Below are positions 8,823 to 17,261 of a stretch of DNA of 44,401 nt, in pieces. The position numbers and the translations under genes were made by a program. The stretch comes from an uncultured Rhodocyclaceae bacterium (GTDB taxonomy: Bacteria; Pseudomonadota; Gammaproteobacteria; Burkholderiales; Ga0077523): contig CAZEDA010000002.1 of NCBI GenBank assembly GCA_964510915.1, forward strand, positions 1-44,401, in the 5' to 3' direction. Every line of letters starts with the position of its first letter. The stretch's first letter is position 1. The notes beneath the pieces were generated by a model, which was given only the letters and a program-made list of their open reading frames with translations, searched no databases and was not told the DNA's origin.

Positions 8823-10499
8823 TCATCTTGCGCCAAACCAGCGACGTATGGCGCGCAGCGGCGCGGTCAACTGCCAGGAATGGGAGGAACGAATCTGCGC
8901 CAATTGCGCGCGCAGGTCCTCCACAAGGGCGTTGGAGGCGGCCAGCGTGCCCGCTCTGTCCGTGATCTCCTGGCGCAGCGCATCGATTTCGCGCTTCCGC
9001 AAGTCGACCTCGGTGGCAAGTCGGCGGTGCTCTGCGTCCACCGTGGCCAGGCGCTCCCGAAGATCCGCCTGCCGGGAGTGCTCCCGCGTGAGCTCGTCGC
9101 GAAGCGTGGCAACGTCACGATGGCTATCGGCAGCACGAACGTCTGCGGCGTCCCGCGCAACTCGCTCCCGATCAAGTGCTTCATCCAGCCGCGTGATCAC
9201 ACTCGCATCGTGCAGATGCCTCTGGTGAGCGGACGAGAGATCGCTTTCCAATGCCGCGATTCGTCTGTCCTTGGCGACGCTTTCCGAGGCGAGATTCGAC
9301 AGAGTGTCTTCGAGACGAGACTCGACTTTGCGCAGTTCCAGGTCTCGGCTGGCGAGTGAACCCTCCAGCGTTTCGATTCGTGCCAGCAACTCGCCGATCG
9401 GGCGGGTCGCCTCGGTGGCATGTCGGTTGGCCTCCACGACATCCGAAGCCAGGCGTTCGAGACCGGATTCCAGTCCGCCCAGTTTCGCGACGGTCTGTCT
9501 CGATACCTCCAGGTCGGCGTCCGCACGCGTCCGCAGAGCGTCCTGGTCTTCCTTCAGTCGGTAGAACAGCGCGCGGACTGCACTCGGCGGAAACAGAAAG
9601 TCGGTACTGATCGGGACGGGTAGCGCATCCGGCCCCCTCGCCGGTTCAGCGGATGTTCGTGGGGGAAAACTCAGCGGACCGGAGTCAGCCGGTGCAGAGA
9701 GAGTCTCGAGGCACTCCTGGAAGGAGTGCGCATCCTGTTCGGCCAGAGGCCGAGCGGCCAGAGCCTGAAGAGCCTCGAACAACGATCGGGTGCGCTCGTC
9801 CAGCGTGCCTTCGAACCGCTGGCGAATGAGGGAGGCATCCGGAAATGTCTGATCGAGCTTTGCACCGATCACACCTTCCAGTTGGACGTGGGTTTCTTTC
9901 CGAAGCAGCAGTTCCTGGGAGACGAAACAAAGGCGCTGCCCTCTGGCCCCCAGATTCAGCAGGCGCAGGTGCACGTTTCGCCAAGCTTCGTACAGGTCTG
10001 CAACACTCAGCCGGAGGTCGGCGAGATACTGTGCGCTCTGGGTTTCCTTCAGGATGCTGCTGATCACGCTGCCGGGGTCCCGGAACACGCAGATCGCGAC
10101 TGCGTCGGGCACCGCAGCGCTCCACGCTTCCAGGGTGAAGCTGAAGCGCGGGTCCTTGAAGGCAAACGGTCGGCGTTTCGTCAGGGCTTCGATGGATCTG
10201 CGGTCGTCTTCCGTCGCCGCACATGGCAGCTGGGCTGGCAGTCTGGCCAGCCAGAATTGTCCGGGCCGATAGTAGGCATCCATGAAGCCGGCCGCCTCCG
10301 GGCCGAACGCCTGGCGTACCGACGCAAGGATGATCCGCTCGTTCAGGGAATTGATGGCCCAGTTCTCGAAGAACCCCTTGGGATTCGCATCGCGCGGCGG
10401 ATAAAGGTCATCCCCCTGAAAGTAGCCTGCTCCCGCGAACATGCCTGCGAGCATGCTGGTGCCGCTGCGGCCCGAACCGCAAATGAAGACATCTCTCAT
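8823..10499 (-). CDS. Sulfotransferase-domain protein with a long C-terminal coiled coil
   Basis: The N-terminus MRDVFICGSGRSGTSMLAGMF is a PAPS 5'-phosphosulfate-binding P-loop. From roughly residue 320 to 535 the sequence is heptad-like and rich in Leu/Glu/Arg/Asp/Ala (LERLASDVVEANRHATEATRPIGELLARIETLEGSLASRDLELRKVESRLEDTL...). It ends in the tail IRSSHSWQLTAPLRAIRRWFGAR. Confidence 0.85.
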   Translation of the reverse strand: MRDVFICGSGRSGTSMLAGMFAGAGYFQGDDLYPPRDANPKGFFENWAINSLNERIILASVRQAFGPEAAGFMDAYYRPGQFWLARLPAQLPCAATEDDRRSIEALTKRRPFAFKDPRFSFTLEAWSAAVPDAVAICVFRDPGSVISSILKETQSAQYLADLRLSVADLYEAWRNVHLRLLNLGARGQRLCFVSQELLLRKETHVQLEGVIGAKLDQTFPDASLIRQRFEGTLDERTRSLFEALQALAARPLAEQDAHSFQECLETLSAPADSGPLSFPPRTSAEPARGPDALPVPISTDFLFPPSAVRALFYRLKEDQDALRTRADADLEVSRQTVAKLGGLESGLERLASDVVEANRHATEATRPIGELLARIETLEGSLASRDLELRKVESRLEDTLSNLASESVAKDRRIAALESDLSSAHQRHLHDASVITRLDEALDRERVARDAADVRAADSHRDVATLRDELTREHSRQADLRERLATVDAEHRRLATEVDLRKREIDALRQEITDRAGTLAASNALVEDLRAQLAQIRSSHSWQLTAPLRAIRRWFGAR

Positions 10500-10566
10500 G
10501 TGTGGTGGCCCCGGTGGCGTCCTGAGACGAACGCCTTGCCAGCGAGGTTGCCGTGTGAAAGCTTGT

Positions 10567-11559
10567 TCATTTCTTGTCGTCGATCCGTCGACGGGTGCCG
10601 GTGGCCTCGATGCGAGCCTCGCTCATTTTCGTGACGACCCCGCGCATCGCGGTCTGAGCTTTCCAGTTCAGAAGGGCGAGCGTCCGCGAAGGATTGCCGC
10701 AACTCCAGGCGATATCGGCCGGCCGATACTGAGAGCGATCCGTGTCGACGTGGTCCCTCCAGTCCAGTCCATGGAGCGCGAACGCCGCTTCCACGAAGTC
10801 CGCGAGCGAGTGGGCCTCCCCCGTGGCGACGATGTAGTCGTCTGGAGACTCCTGCTGAAGCATTCGCCACATGGCATCCACATACTCGGGAGCCCAACCC
10901 CAATCCCGCACCACGTCCAGGCGCCCGAGTGTGAGGCGTTCGCCGGACCCCTGGGCAATCCTGACGGCCGCCGAAACGATCTTCTGTGTCACGAACCGCT
11001 CCGGCCGGAACGCGGACTCATGATTGAAGAGGATCCCGTTGCATCCGAACAGCCCATAGGCCTCCCGGTAGTTCGCCACCAGCCAGTGGGCGGAAGCTTT
11101 CGCTACCGCATAGGGGCTCCGTGGTCGAAACGGCGTCAGTTCCGTTGCCGGGGTCCCGTCGAGTTCTCCGAAACACTCGCTGGAACTGGCGTGATACAGA
11201 CGGACCGGGCGGTCCAGAAACCGGATCGCTTCGAGCAGATTCAGTGTCCCGGACGCTATGCTCTCGAGAGTTTCGACGGGCTGCTCGAAAGAAAGTCCGA
11301 CGGAGCTTTGCGCCGCCAGGAAATACACTTCGTCAGCCTGACTGCGGTTCAGCGCGGAGAGCACGCTGCGGAAATCACTGGCCGCCATCGAAATGAGTTC
11401 GATGCGGTCGCGAATGCCGAGCTTCACCAGAGAGGAGAACAGCGAGATCTGCGCATCGCGGGAAGTACCCCAGACGCGGTATCCCTTCTCGAGAAGCAAC
11501 TCGGCCAGAAAGGCGCCGTCCTGGCCGCCTACGCCGCAAATCAGCGCTGTCTTGCGCAT
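10567..11559 (-). CDS. gmd: GDP-sugar 4,6-dehydratase (Gmd family; GDP-mannose or GDP-D-glycero-D-manno-heptose 4,6-dehydratase)
   Basis: MRKTALICGVGGQDGAFLAELLLEKGYRVWG, SSECFG, SPYAVAKASAHW (YxxxK) and GILFNHESAFRPERFVTQKI are all Gmd hallmarks. An alternative ATG lies at 11571. Confidence 0.9.
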   Translation of the reverse strand: MRKTALICGVGGQDGAFLAELLLEKGYRVWGTSRDAQISLFSSLVKLGIRDRIELISMAASDFRSVLSALNRSQADEVYFLAAQSSVGLSFEQPVETLESIASGTLNLLEAIRFLDRPVRLYHASSSECFGELDGTPATELTPFRPRSPYAVAKASAHWLVANYREAYGLFGCNGILFNHESAFRPERFVTQKIVSAAVRIAQGSGERLTLGRLDVVRDWGWAPEYVDAMWRMLQQESPDDYIVATGEAHSLADFVEAAFALHGLDWRDHVDTDRSQYRPADIAWSCGNPSRTLALLNWKAQTAMRGVVTKMSEARIEATGTRRRIDDKK

Positions 11560-11560
11560 G

Positions 11561-11905
11561 TCAGTCGTCATGTTCGAGAAGCTTCATGCCGCGTAACCGA
11601 ACGGCGGGAAAATCTGCGGGCCGTATCGGCTCCTCTGCAAAGGCGAAGCCCGGAATCGGTGCTTGCTTGCCCATCGGCGGCAACCTGTGGTCCGAAGGCC
11701 TGAAGATGCCCACGGGCGGAACTGGACTCCCCGCATCAATGATTCTCGCGGGACGATCGGCGCAAGATCCGCAATCCCGGTTCACCCGGTTGTACAAGAC
11801 GCCGTCGTGCCCCGATCTTTGCCCGAGCCTGAGTGTGACCTTGCATGACACCACGATCCCCTGCCCGATCGCTCCGAGTGTATGCGCGAAATAGTAGCCC
11901 ATCAT
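11561..11905 (-). CDS. Hypothetical small protein (114 aa), uncertain
   Basis: It fills the gap between the methyltransferase and gmd. Its TGA stop lies 1 nt upstream of the gmd ATG at 11559. Third-position GC is fairly high. No clear Shine-Dalgarno. There is a weak by-eye resemblance of YYFAHT...VSCKVT...GHDGVLYN to the C-terminal strands of RmlC-type 3,5-epimerases, so it could be a remnant. Confidence 0.3.
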   Translation of the reverse strand: MMGYYFAHTLGAIGQGIVVSCKVTLRLGQRSGHDGVLYNRVNRDCGSCADRPARIIDAGSPVPPVGIFRPSDHRLPPMGKQAPIPGFAFAEEPIRPADFPAVRLRGMKLLEHDD

Positions 11906-11966
11906 GGACGTGCCAGTGCAGCGAAGAACACGTCAGGGGTGACGCCCCGCAGCCGAGATGAGGTCG

Positions 11967-13055
11967 TCATCGCCTGACCAGGAGCATCTGTCCCGACGCC
12001 ATGTGGATCGGCACGAACGCCGGTCCGGCCGGCGAGCGCAGGAACTCGACCAGAGCCAGATAGGCGCCCGCGAGCGCGGGCGTGTGCCCCTGGTCCTCGA
12101 CGACCAGAACGCCGCCCGGGACGACCCGCGGCGCGAGTTTCTGCAAGGCTGCCAGAACCGCCTCGTACAGGTCGACATCGATGTTGGCGACGGCGACGGC
12201 ACCGATGGTGTCTGGCAGTTCGTCCTCGATGATGTCGAGTCTGTGAATTCTGTAGCCGTCCAATTCGCCGAGGAAACGGCGCAGGTCCCGTTCACTGGTA
12301 TCCGCATGGGTACCGAGCCAGAGCCCGTCCGGGCTTTCACGTGCGCCGTCGAAGTTGAAGCCCTCGAACACGTCCACGAGGTGGGTGGTGCGTCGAATGC
12401 CGGAGGCTTGCATGTAGTGCATGGCCGTCCTTGCACTGCGCCCCCGGTAGACGCCGATCTCGACATAGTCGCCGGAAAGCCGGGCTGTGATGTCGATGGC
12501 CTGAATCAGATTCTCGAAGTCCGCCACTTCGAACTTCTGTTCCGGCAGAGCGGCTTCGTGCAGCAGGACGGCGCGAGCCAGATCGTTCCGATGGAAGTAG
12601 CGCGCCGTCGGGTAGAAGCGGCTCGCCCCGTAAAAGAAGGCCTGAGGCTGGCGGCGTACCAGTGCCAGCACCTCCACGAGTTTCTGGTCCGACTCGAAGG
12701 CACACACAAAGGCCCTCGGGCTATCGCTGGGGGCGAGGTCTGCGAGCTCGGATTCGGACAGCAGAATCGTGTCATCCGGATGGCCGAGTCGATCTCCCGC
12801 GTCGGTAAGCAAGTAGACCGGAGCATCCGGAAAACGCGCCCGGGCTGCCGCGATTGCGCGCGAGACTTCCTCCCGGCTGAACCTCGGTAGGCTCAGGTTC
12901 GAGTGGAAGTAGAAGTGGCGCATTGCTTCGTCTTGCAGCCCGAAGCGCTCGACCAGATGGTGCAAGAGCGCCCTTGCCTGGTCTCGCGAGAGATCGGCGG
13001 TCGCGGCCAGGATCTCTGGAGGGAACGGATTTGCGGGCGACGGGGTGGGGTTCAT
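11967..13055 (-). CDS. Class I SAM-dependent O-methyltransferase (TylF/MycF-like)
   Basis: The C-terminal half GDYVEIGVYRGRSARTAMHY...ANIDVDLYEAVLAALQKLAPRVVPGGVLVVEDQGH matches the TylF/Methyltransf_24 pattern, including the metal-binding D..D.D region. Its ATG overlaps the upstream stop (ATGA at 13053-13057). Confidence 0.85.
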   Translation of the reverse strand: MNPTPSPANPFPPEILAATADLSRDQARALLHHLVERFGLQDEAMRHFYFHSNLSLPRFSREEVSRAIAAARARFPDAPVYLLTDAGDRLGHPDDTILLSESELADLAPSDSPRAFVCAFESDQKLVEVLALVRRQPQAFFYGASRFYPTARYFHRNDLARAVLLHEAALPEQKFEVADFENLIQAIDITARLSGDYVEIGVYRGRSARTAMHYMQASGIRRTTHLVDVFEGFNFDGARESPDGLWLGTHADTSERDLRRFLGELDGYRIHRLDIIEDELPDTIGAVAVANIDVDLYEAVLAALQKLAPRVVPGGVLVVEDQGHTPALAGAYLALVEFLRSPAGPAFVPIHMASGQMLLVRR

Positions 13056-13870
13056 CAGTCGCCGCCGGAGTCATCGGCGGTTCTCTCCGGAACCGGCCCG
13101 AATCCGCTGCGCGGATCGCGTCGGGAGAACTGCTCGTGAAACGGCCGATTGCCTCGCTCGGTCGTGAACCCGCGACCCTCGCGATCGTGCCTCACGCACA
13201 AGCGCCCCCCTCCTACGACCAGCGTGGCATACCCCTTGTGGTAGTTCCTCAGGTTGAGCCCGGCGGTCTGGAATGTCGAGATCGGATACTCGTCGGTGTC
13301 GTAGCCCTTCAGCACCGAAAGCCAGTGCGTTGTAGGCGCGCAGCGGAAGCAACTGTTGGTGCCGCCGGCCATGAGGGGAGGAACCCTGGCGGTGTCCGCC
13401 ATCAAGTGCGGCCCGCCATCGACCGCGACGAGGTTGTGCAAGTACTCGTCTCCCCAGCAGTAGGGGCATGTGGTGAACATGCCGAAGCGGAGCCCGGTCG
13501 CGGAGGGCTTGCCATAGTAGGTCTGCATCGCCTGGATCAGTTGGGGAATCGTGTCGTCGGCGTACCCGTGATCGTCCTCCAGCATGCACAGATAGGTGGG
13601 CGCGTGGAGTTCCAGTGCGAGCCACAGGCCGAGATTGCGGGCGAGGCCCATGGAGATGGGGTCGGTGTGCGCAAGGAAGAAAGATTTGCCTCGCCCGAGT
13701 TCTGCCAGCAGAGCCCCCATCGCCGCGCGGTTCCGAACGCTCGAATCGACCACGACCACGGCGGCACCCGATCGCTCCGAGGCGCGAAGAACCGTGGGCA
13801 GCATCTTTCCCACCGTCTCGACGTCTTCGAAACAGCAGTAGACCGTGGCGAACTCCGAAGGAACATGCAT
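13055..13870 (-). CDS. GT-A-like glycosyltransferase-family protein (unassigned family)
   Basis: Rossmann-like N-terminus ATVYCCFEDVETVGKMLPTVL...AAVVVVDSSV with an acidic LEDDHGY motif. It is translationally coupled on both sides. Coding-like composition. I recognised no closer family. Confidence 0.65.
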   Translation of the reverse strand: MHVPSEFATVYCCFEDVETVGKMLPTVLRASERSGAAVVVVDSSVRNRAAMGALLAELGRGKSFFLAHTDPISMGLARNLGLWLALELHAPTYLCMLEDDHGYADDTIPQLIQAMQTYYGKPSATGLRFGMFTTCPYCWGDEYLHNLVAVDGGPHLMADTARVPPLMAGGTNSCFRCAPTTHWLSVLKGYDTDEYPISTFQTAGLNLRNYHKGYATLVVGGGRLCVRHDREGRGFTTERGNRPFHEQFSRRDPRSGFGPVPERTADDSGGD

Positions 13871-13873
13871 GCG

Positions 13874-14911
13874 CTAGTCTCCGATGGCGTCGGCTACGTC
13901 CGCCAGCCATGCCTCTACCAGGACCAGTTCGTCCGATGGGAAGAACCCTTCGGAGCACAGGCGCCGGTAGCAATGGAGCAGGGCCTCTCCGACTGTGAAT
14001 TCCTCGAGCCTGACCGAGTCGAGCGCGTCGGTGAAGTCTTCAGCGCGCAGGTAGGCGTCCAGTTCCTGTCGGAAATCATCGAGGAGATCGTGGGGATGGC
14101 GCACCTGTTCGACTGTGGCCGTCGTGAAGAGAAGGTGCCAGCCCTTCGAACCGGTGATCCGCTGGGCAACAAGGCCCCGCCAGATGTCCGTCAGCCGGAA
14201 GCTGCAGTTGGCGGGAAGATACATGAGCGCGAAGGCGTCCGGCCACCACGCCGTGTTCTGACTGTTGATCGGGCATCGCGCACCCGGTGCGAGTGCCACC
14301 GGAGGATGATCCGCAAACACGAAGCGCCCACCGTGGACGAGCCGATGAATGGCATCGACATCGGGATCTCCATTGGCCAGTCCCTGCTGGATCGGGCAAT
14401 AGACCGGTTCGAGCGTATTCGAGAGGAAGGGCTGGTCATCTCGTATGTGTCGCAGAGGAAAGCCTCGCGGCCAGATCGGCGAGTCGCTGAACGAGCGATA
14501 GACGTTGAACCATCCTTTCTCCCGAACCAGCCGTGCCGGGACCGTGTGGTTTCCGGGTGCGAAGAAACCCTCCAGCGGCGCGTTGTCATCGTCGGTTTCG
14601 ACGATACGGTCCGGTCGAGACGCCATGGCTTCCAGATAGCCGAGGTTCTTGCGGGCGTAGTGGTTTCGCGGCAGCTTCGTCGCCAGTCGCCAGCGGGAAC
14701 CCTCCTGGTCGGCGAGGCTCAGGTACGAGGCGGCCTCGAGGCGAAAATCGGAAGGGGTCTTCGCGTCGCCGACGATCCAGGCCTTCCAGTCAGCGGCTCG
14801 CACGCCGCGCATGGTCTCTTCGAGCGCCTTCGTGGGCGCATGCACAGTGGTCACGACGAGCGCGGTCTGGCCTGCGGAGGCCTGCCTGGGCCCTGATCTA
14901 GGCGCTCGCAT
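13874..14911 (-). CDS. STELLO-like (DUF288-type) glycosyltransferase-family protein
   Basis: ALVVTTVHAPTKALE...WKAWIVGDAKTPSDF...SYLSLADQ...NHYARKNLGYLEAMASRPDRIVETDDDN follows the conserved STELLO pattern (V.GD.KTP..W, YLS...Q, Y.RKN.GYL.A, DDDN). The ATG at 14911 overlaps the wzt stop by 14 nt. The track ORF runs on to 15007. Confidence 0.75.
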   Translation of the reverse strand: MRAPRSGPRQASAGQTALVVTTVHAPTKALEETMRGVRAADWKAWIVGDAKTPSDFRLEAASYLSLADQEGSRWRLATKLPRNHYARKNLGYLEAMASRPDRIVETDDDNAPLEGFFAPGNHTVPARLVREKGWFNVYRSFSDSPIWPRGFPLRHIRDDQPFLSNTLEPVYCPIQQGLANGDPDVDAIHRLVHGGRFVFADHPPVALAPGARCPINSQNTAWWPDAFALMYLPANCSFRLTDIWRGLVAQRITGSKGWHLLFTTATVEQVRHPHDLLDDFRQELDAYLRAEDFTDALDSVRLEEFTVGEALLHCYRRLCSEGFFPSDELVLVEAWLADVADAIGD

Positions 14912-16295
14912 GGGATCGTTCGTGGTCTGTACGATGGTCAGTCGCCGGGCGCAAGGCGAGTGTCGCGGGCCCTCCGGAGGCGTCGAAATAGCCGAACGAC
15001 ACGTCATGCTCCACCGGGAGAACTCGAAACATCGTGCGGTCGAGGACGCGATGCAGGCATTCCGGCTCGTGATCGGACCAGATGCCGCCGCCTACGAAAT
15101 AGGCTCCCGGCAACAGATCGAGCTTGAAGTCGAAGACCACCTCGAATTCCGTGTCAGAGCCAACTTCCGCGATGGAGAGCCCCGTGCCCGGATGGCGTTG
15201 GCCGGTGATGCCATGGCCGCTCCCGAGGCGGATATGGATGCCGAAGTGAACCGCTCGGCAGGGCTTCAGAAACCGCCCGCGACTGACGAACTGGTACCTT
15301 TGTCCGCGCTGCAGGACATTCACCGTCCTGCCGGAAAGGTCCCGAATCAGGATGTCCGTGATCTCGGCACCCTGCGATTCGTAGATCACCGTGGATTCCG
15401 GCGCCAGCGACGGATCGAACCAGGCCGCTTGTGCTTGGGTGGCGGGTTCTTCGCTCCCGCCAGTTTCGGGGATCGGATCCGATGTCTCGACCCGTTCGCG
15501 GGCATCCGCAAGGCGGAAGGATCTGATGCTTTCCAGGACCTCCTGCTGCTGGCTGGGTGGCGTGTAGATCAGCTTCTGGTAGGCCTGAATCGCATTCAGC
15601 GGAATGCCTGAATAGATCAGCTCGCCGCCGTGAAGAACATGCGCGGTATCGCACCAGTCGATGATGTGCTGCGCCACATGCGATACCAGGATGATGGCGG
15701 TGCCGCGTTGCTTGAGGGCTTCCATGCGCGCGAAGCACTTTCTCTGGAAGCGTTCGTCTCCGACGGCCAGCGCCTCGTCAACCACGAGTACGTCAGGATC
15801 TATGCAGGCCTGTACGGCAAATGCCAACCGAACGAACATTCCACTCGAATAGCTGCGCACCGGCTGGTCGATGAACTCGCCAATGTCGGCGAACTCCTCG
15901 ATCCTCGGAAACACGGCGTCAGTCTCGGCACGCGACAAACCCAGGATGGCGGCGTTCAGGTAGGCGTTCTCTCGCCCGGTGAACTCGGGATTGAATCCGG
16001 CGCCCAGTTCGAGCAGCGCGGCAAGGCGTCCATGGACCTGTACCGAGCCCTGGGTCGGGGACATCGTGCCGCAAATGATCTGAAGGAGCGTCGACTTCCC
16101 GGCGCCGTTGCAGCCGATGATCCCGACCGTCTCTCCTTTTCGAATCTCGAGGGAGACATCCCGCAATGCCCAGTACTCGCGGTACTTGGGCGACCTGCCG
16201 AAACCGAGCAGCTGAGCGAGGCGTGCGTAGGGGCCGTCGAACACGTGGAAGCATTTCCCCACGCCGTCCACACGAATCGCGAGTTCAGAGGACAT
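14898..16295 (-). CDS. wzt: Polysaccharide ABC transporter ATP-binding protein Wzt with an extended C-terminal domain
   Basis: Walker A GCNGAGKST, signature YSSGM, Walker B LVVDEALAVGD. At 465 aa it has about 200 residues beyond the NBD, with a beta-rich sequence (VIYESQGAEITDILIRDLSGRTVNVLQRGQRYQF...FEVVFDFKLDLLPGAYFVGGGIW) of the kind seen in Wzt C-terminal glycan-binding domains. Confidence 0.9.
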   Translation of the reverse strand: MSSELAIRVDGVGKCFHVFDGPYARLAQLLGFGRSPKYREYWALRDVSLEIRKGETVGIIGCNGAGKSTLLQIICGTMSPTQGSVQVHGRLAALLELGAGFNPEFTGRENAYLNAAILGLSRAETDAVFPRIEEFADIGEFIDQPVRSYSSGMFVRLAFAVQACIDPDVLVVDEALAVGDERFQRKCFARMEALKQRGTAIILVSHVAQHIIDWCDTAHVLHGGELIYSGIPLNAIQAYQKLIYTPPSQQQEVLESIRSFRLADARERVETSDPIPETGGSEEPATQAQAAWFDPSLAPESTVIYESQGAEITDILIRDLSGRTVNVLQRGQRYQFVSRGRFLKPCRAVHFGIHIRLGSGHGITGQRHPGTGLSIAEVGSDTEFEVVFDFKLDLLPGAYFVGGGIWSDHEPECLHRVLDRTMFRVLPVEHDVSFGYFDASGGPATLALRPATDHRTDHERSHASA

Positions 16296-17073
16296 CGGAG
16301 AACCCTTTTCGAGTCTTCTCGAACCACATGAAGCCGAGCCTGGCCACGACCACGCTTACCACGGCGTACATGAACAACCGTGCCCACGCGGGTTGGTTCC
16401 CGACCAGGGCAACGTCTCGCACCTGTTCAATGATGAAGGTGAGCGGGTTCAGAAACAGCAGAGGACGGATCTCCTTCGGCAAGACGGATGCAGGATAGAA
16501 GATCGGACTCAGAAACAGGAGGATCGTGGTGAGAATGCCTACGATTTGCCCCACATCCCTGACAAACGTGCCGACCGAAGCCAGGAACCATGCAGCACCA
16601 ACGGTGAGCACCACCAGGGGAGCGATGACGATCGGCAAGTAGAGGGCGGTCCACGGCAGGTGTCCCCGGACCAGAAGGGAGGCGAGGAGCAGCACTGCGA
16701 AGCTGATCGCAGTGTGTATCAGCGCGGCGCCCATGGTCACCCAGGGCAGAACCTCTAGCGGGAAGACGACGCGCTTCACGTAGCTGGGATTGGCAACAAT
16801 CAGGGTCGGTGCTCTCGATACGCAGTCGGCGACCATGGAGTGCATGACCAGTCCGGCGAACAGAAACAGTGCAAAGTCTCCCGACGAGTCGGACTCCGGC
16901 GTCCATCGGGCCCGGAAGATGAAGCTGAAGACGAACGTGTAGATCGCCAGCATTACGAGCGGCAGCACGAAGGACCAGACGACGCCCAGGACGGAGCCAC
17001 GATAGCGTCCAACCACCTCTCGTCTGGTCATCTGCCAGACCAGGTATCGATGGCGCCAGAGCGAACTCAACAT
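16285..17073 (-). CDS. wzm: Polysaccharide ABC transporter permease (ABC-2 type) Wzm
   Basis: MLSSLWRHRYLVWQMTRREVVGRYRGSVLGVVWSF is the canonical ABC-2 N-terminus. There are six hydrophobic segments. It overlaps wzt by 11 nt. Confidence 0.9.
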   Translation of the reverse strand: MLSSLWRHRYLVWQMTRREVVGRYRGSVLGVVWSFVLPLVMLAIYTFVFSFIFRARWTPESDSSGDFALFLFAGLVMHSMVADCVSRAPTLIVANPSYVKRVVFPLEVLPWVTMGAALIHTAISFAVLLLASLLVRGHLPWTALYLPIVIAPLVVLTVGAAWFLASVGTFVRDVGQIVGILTTILLFLSPIFYPASVLPKEIRPLLFLNPLTFIIEQVRDVALVGNQPAWARLFMYAVVSVVVARLGFMWFEKTRKGFSDVL

Positions 17074-17261
17074 TGGAAGGCGAACAGGGTCACGTCGGAG
17101 AGGTCGCGGCCGGAAATGGGGAGCTCGCTTTCCAGTTCGAGCCCGGCGCGGTGTTGCTCCAGATCGTCGGATTCGACCACCCGCCAGGGAGCCTCAACCC
17201 ATCGGCCCGGGCGGCGAATGCGAGTCGTTTCCGGACAATGGGTCAGATACGGACAGGACAC
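17067..17261 (-). CDS. Hypothetical leader ORF (64 aa) overlapping the wzm start, uncertain
   Basis: The stop overlaps the wzm ATG (ATGTTGA). The distal two thirds have high third-position GC (…VVESDDLEQHRAGLELESELPISGRDLSDVTLFAFQC). I recognised no family and no clear SD. Confidence 0.25.
   Translation of the reverse strand: MSCPYLTHCPETTRIRRPGRWVEAPWRVVESDDLEQHRAGLELESELPISGRDLSDVTLFAFQC

Noticed and set aside
10567-11559. Reading the Gmd-family gene plus the GT11 gene as a plain GDP-fucose pathway.
   Set aside because: No Fcl/GMER-type synthase is recognisable in the window. The locus instead contains the heptose kinase/phosphatase/guanylyltransferase set and a ColD-type dehydratase. Substrate specificity cannot be settled from sequence alone, so the call stays at family level.
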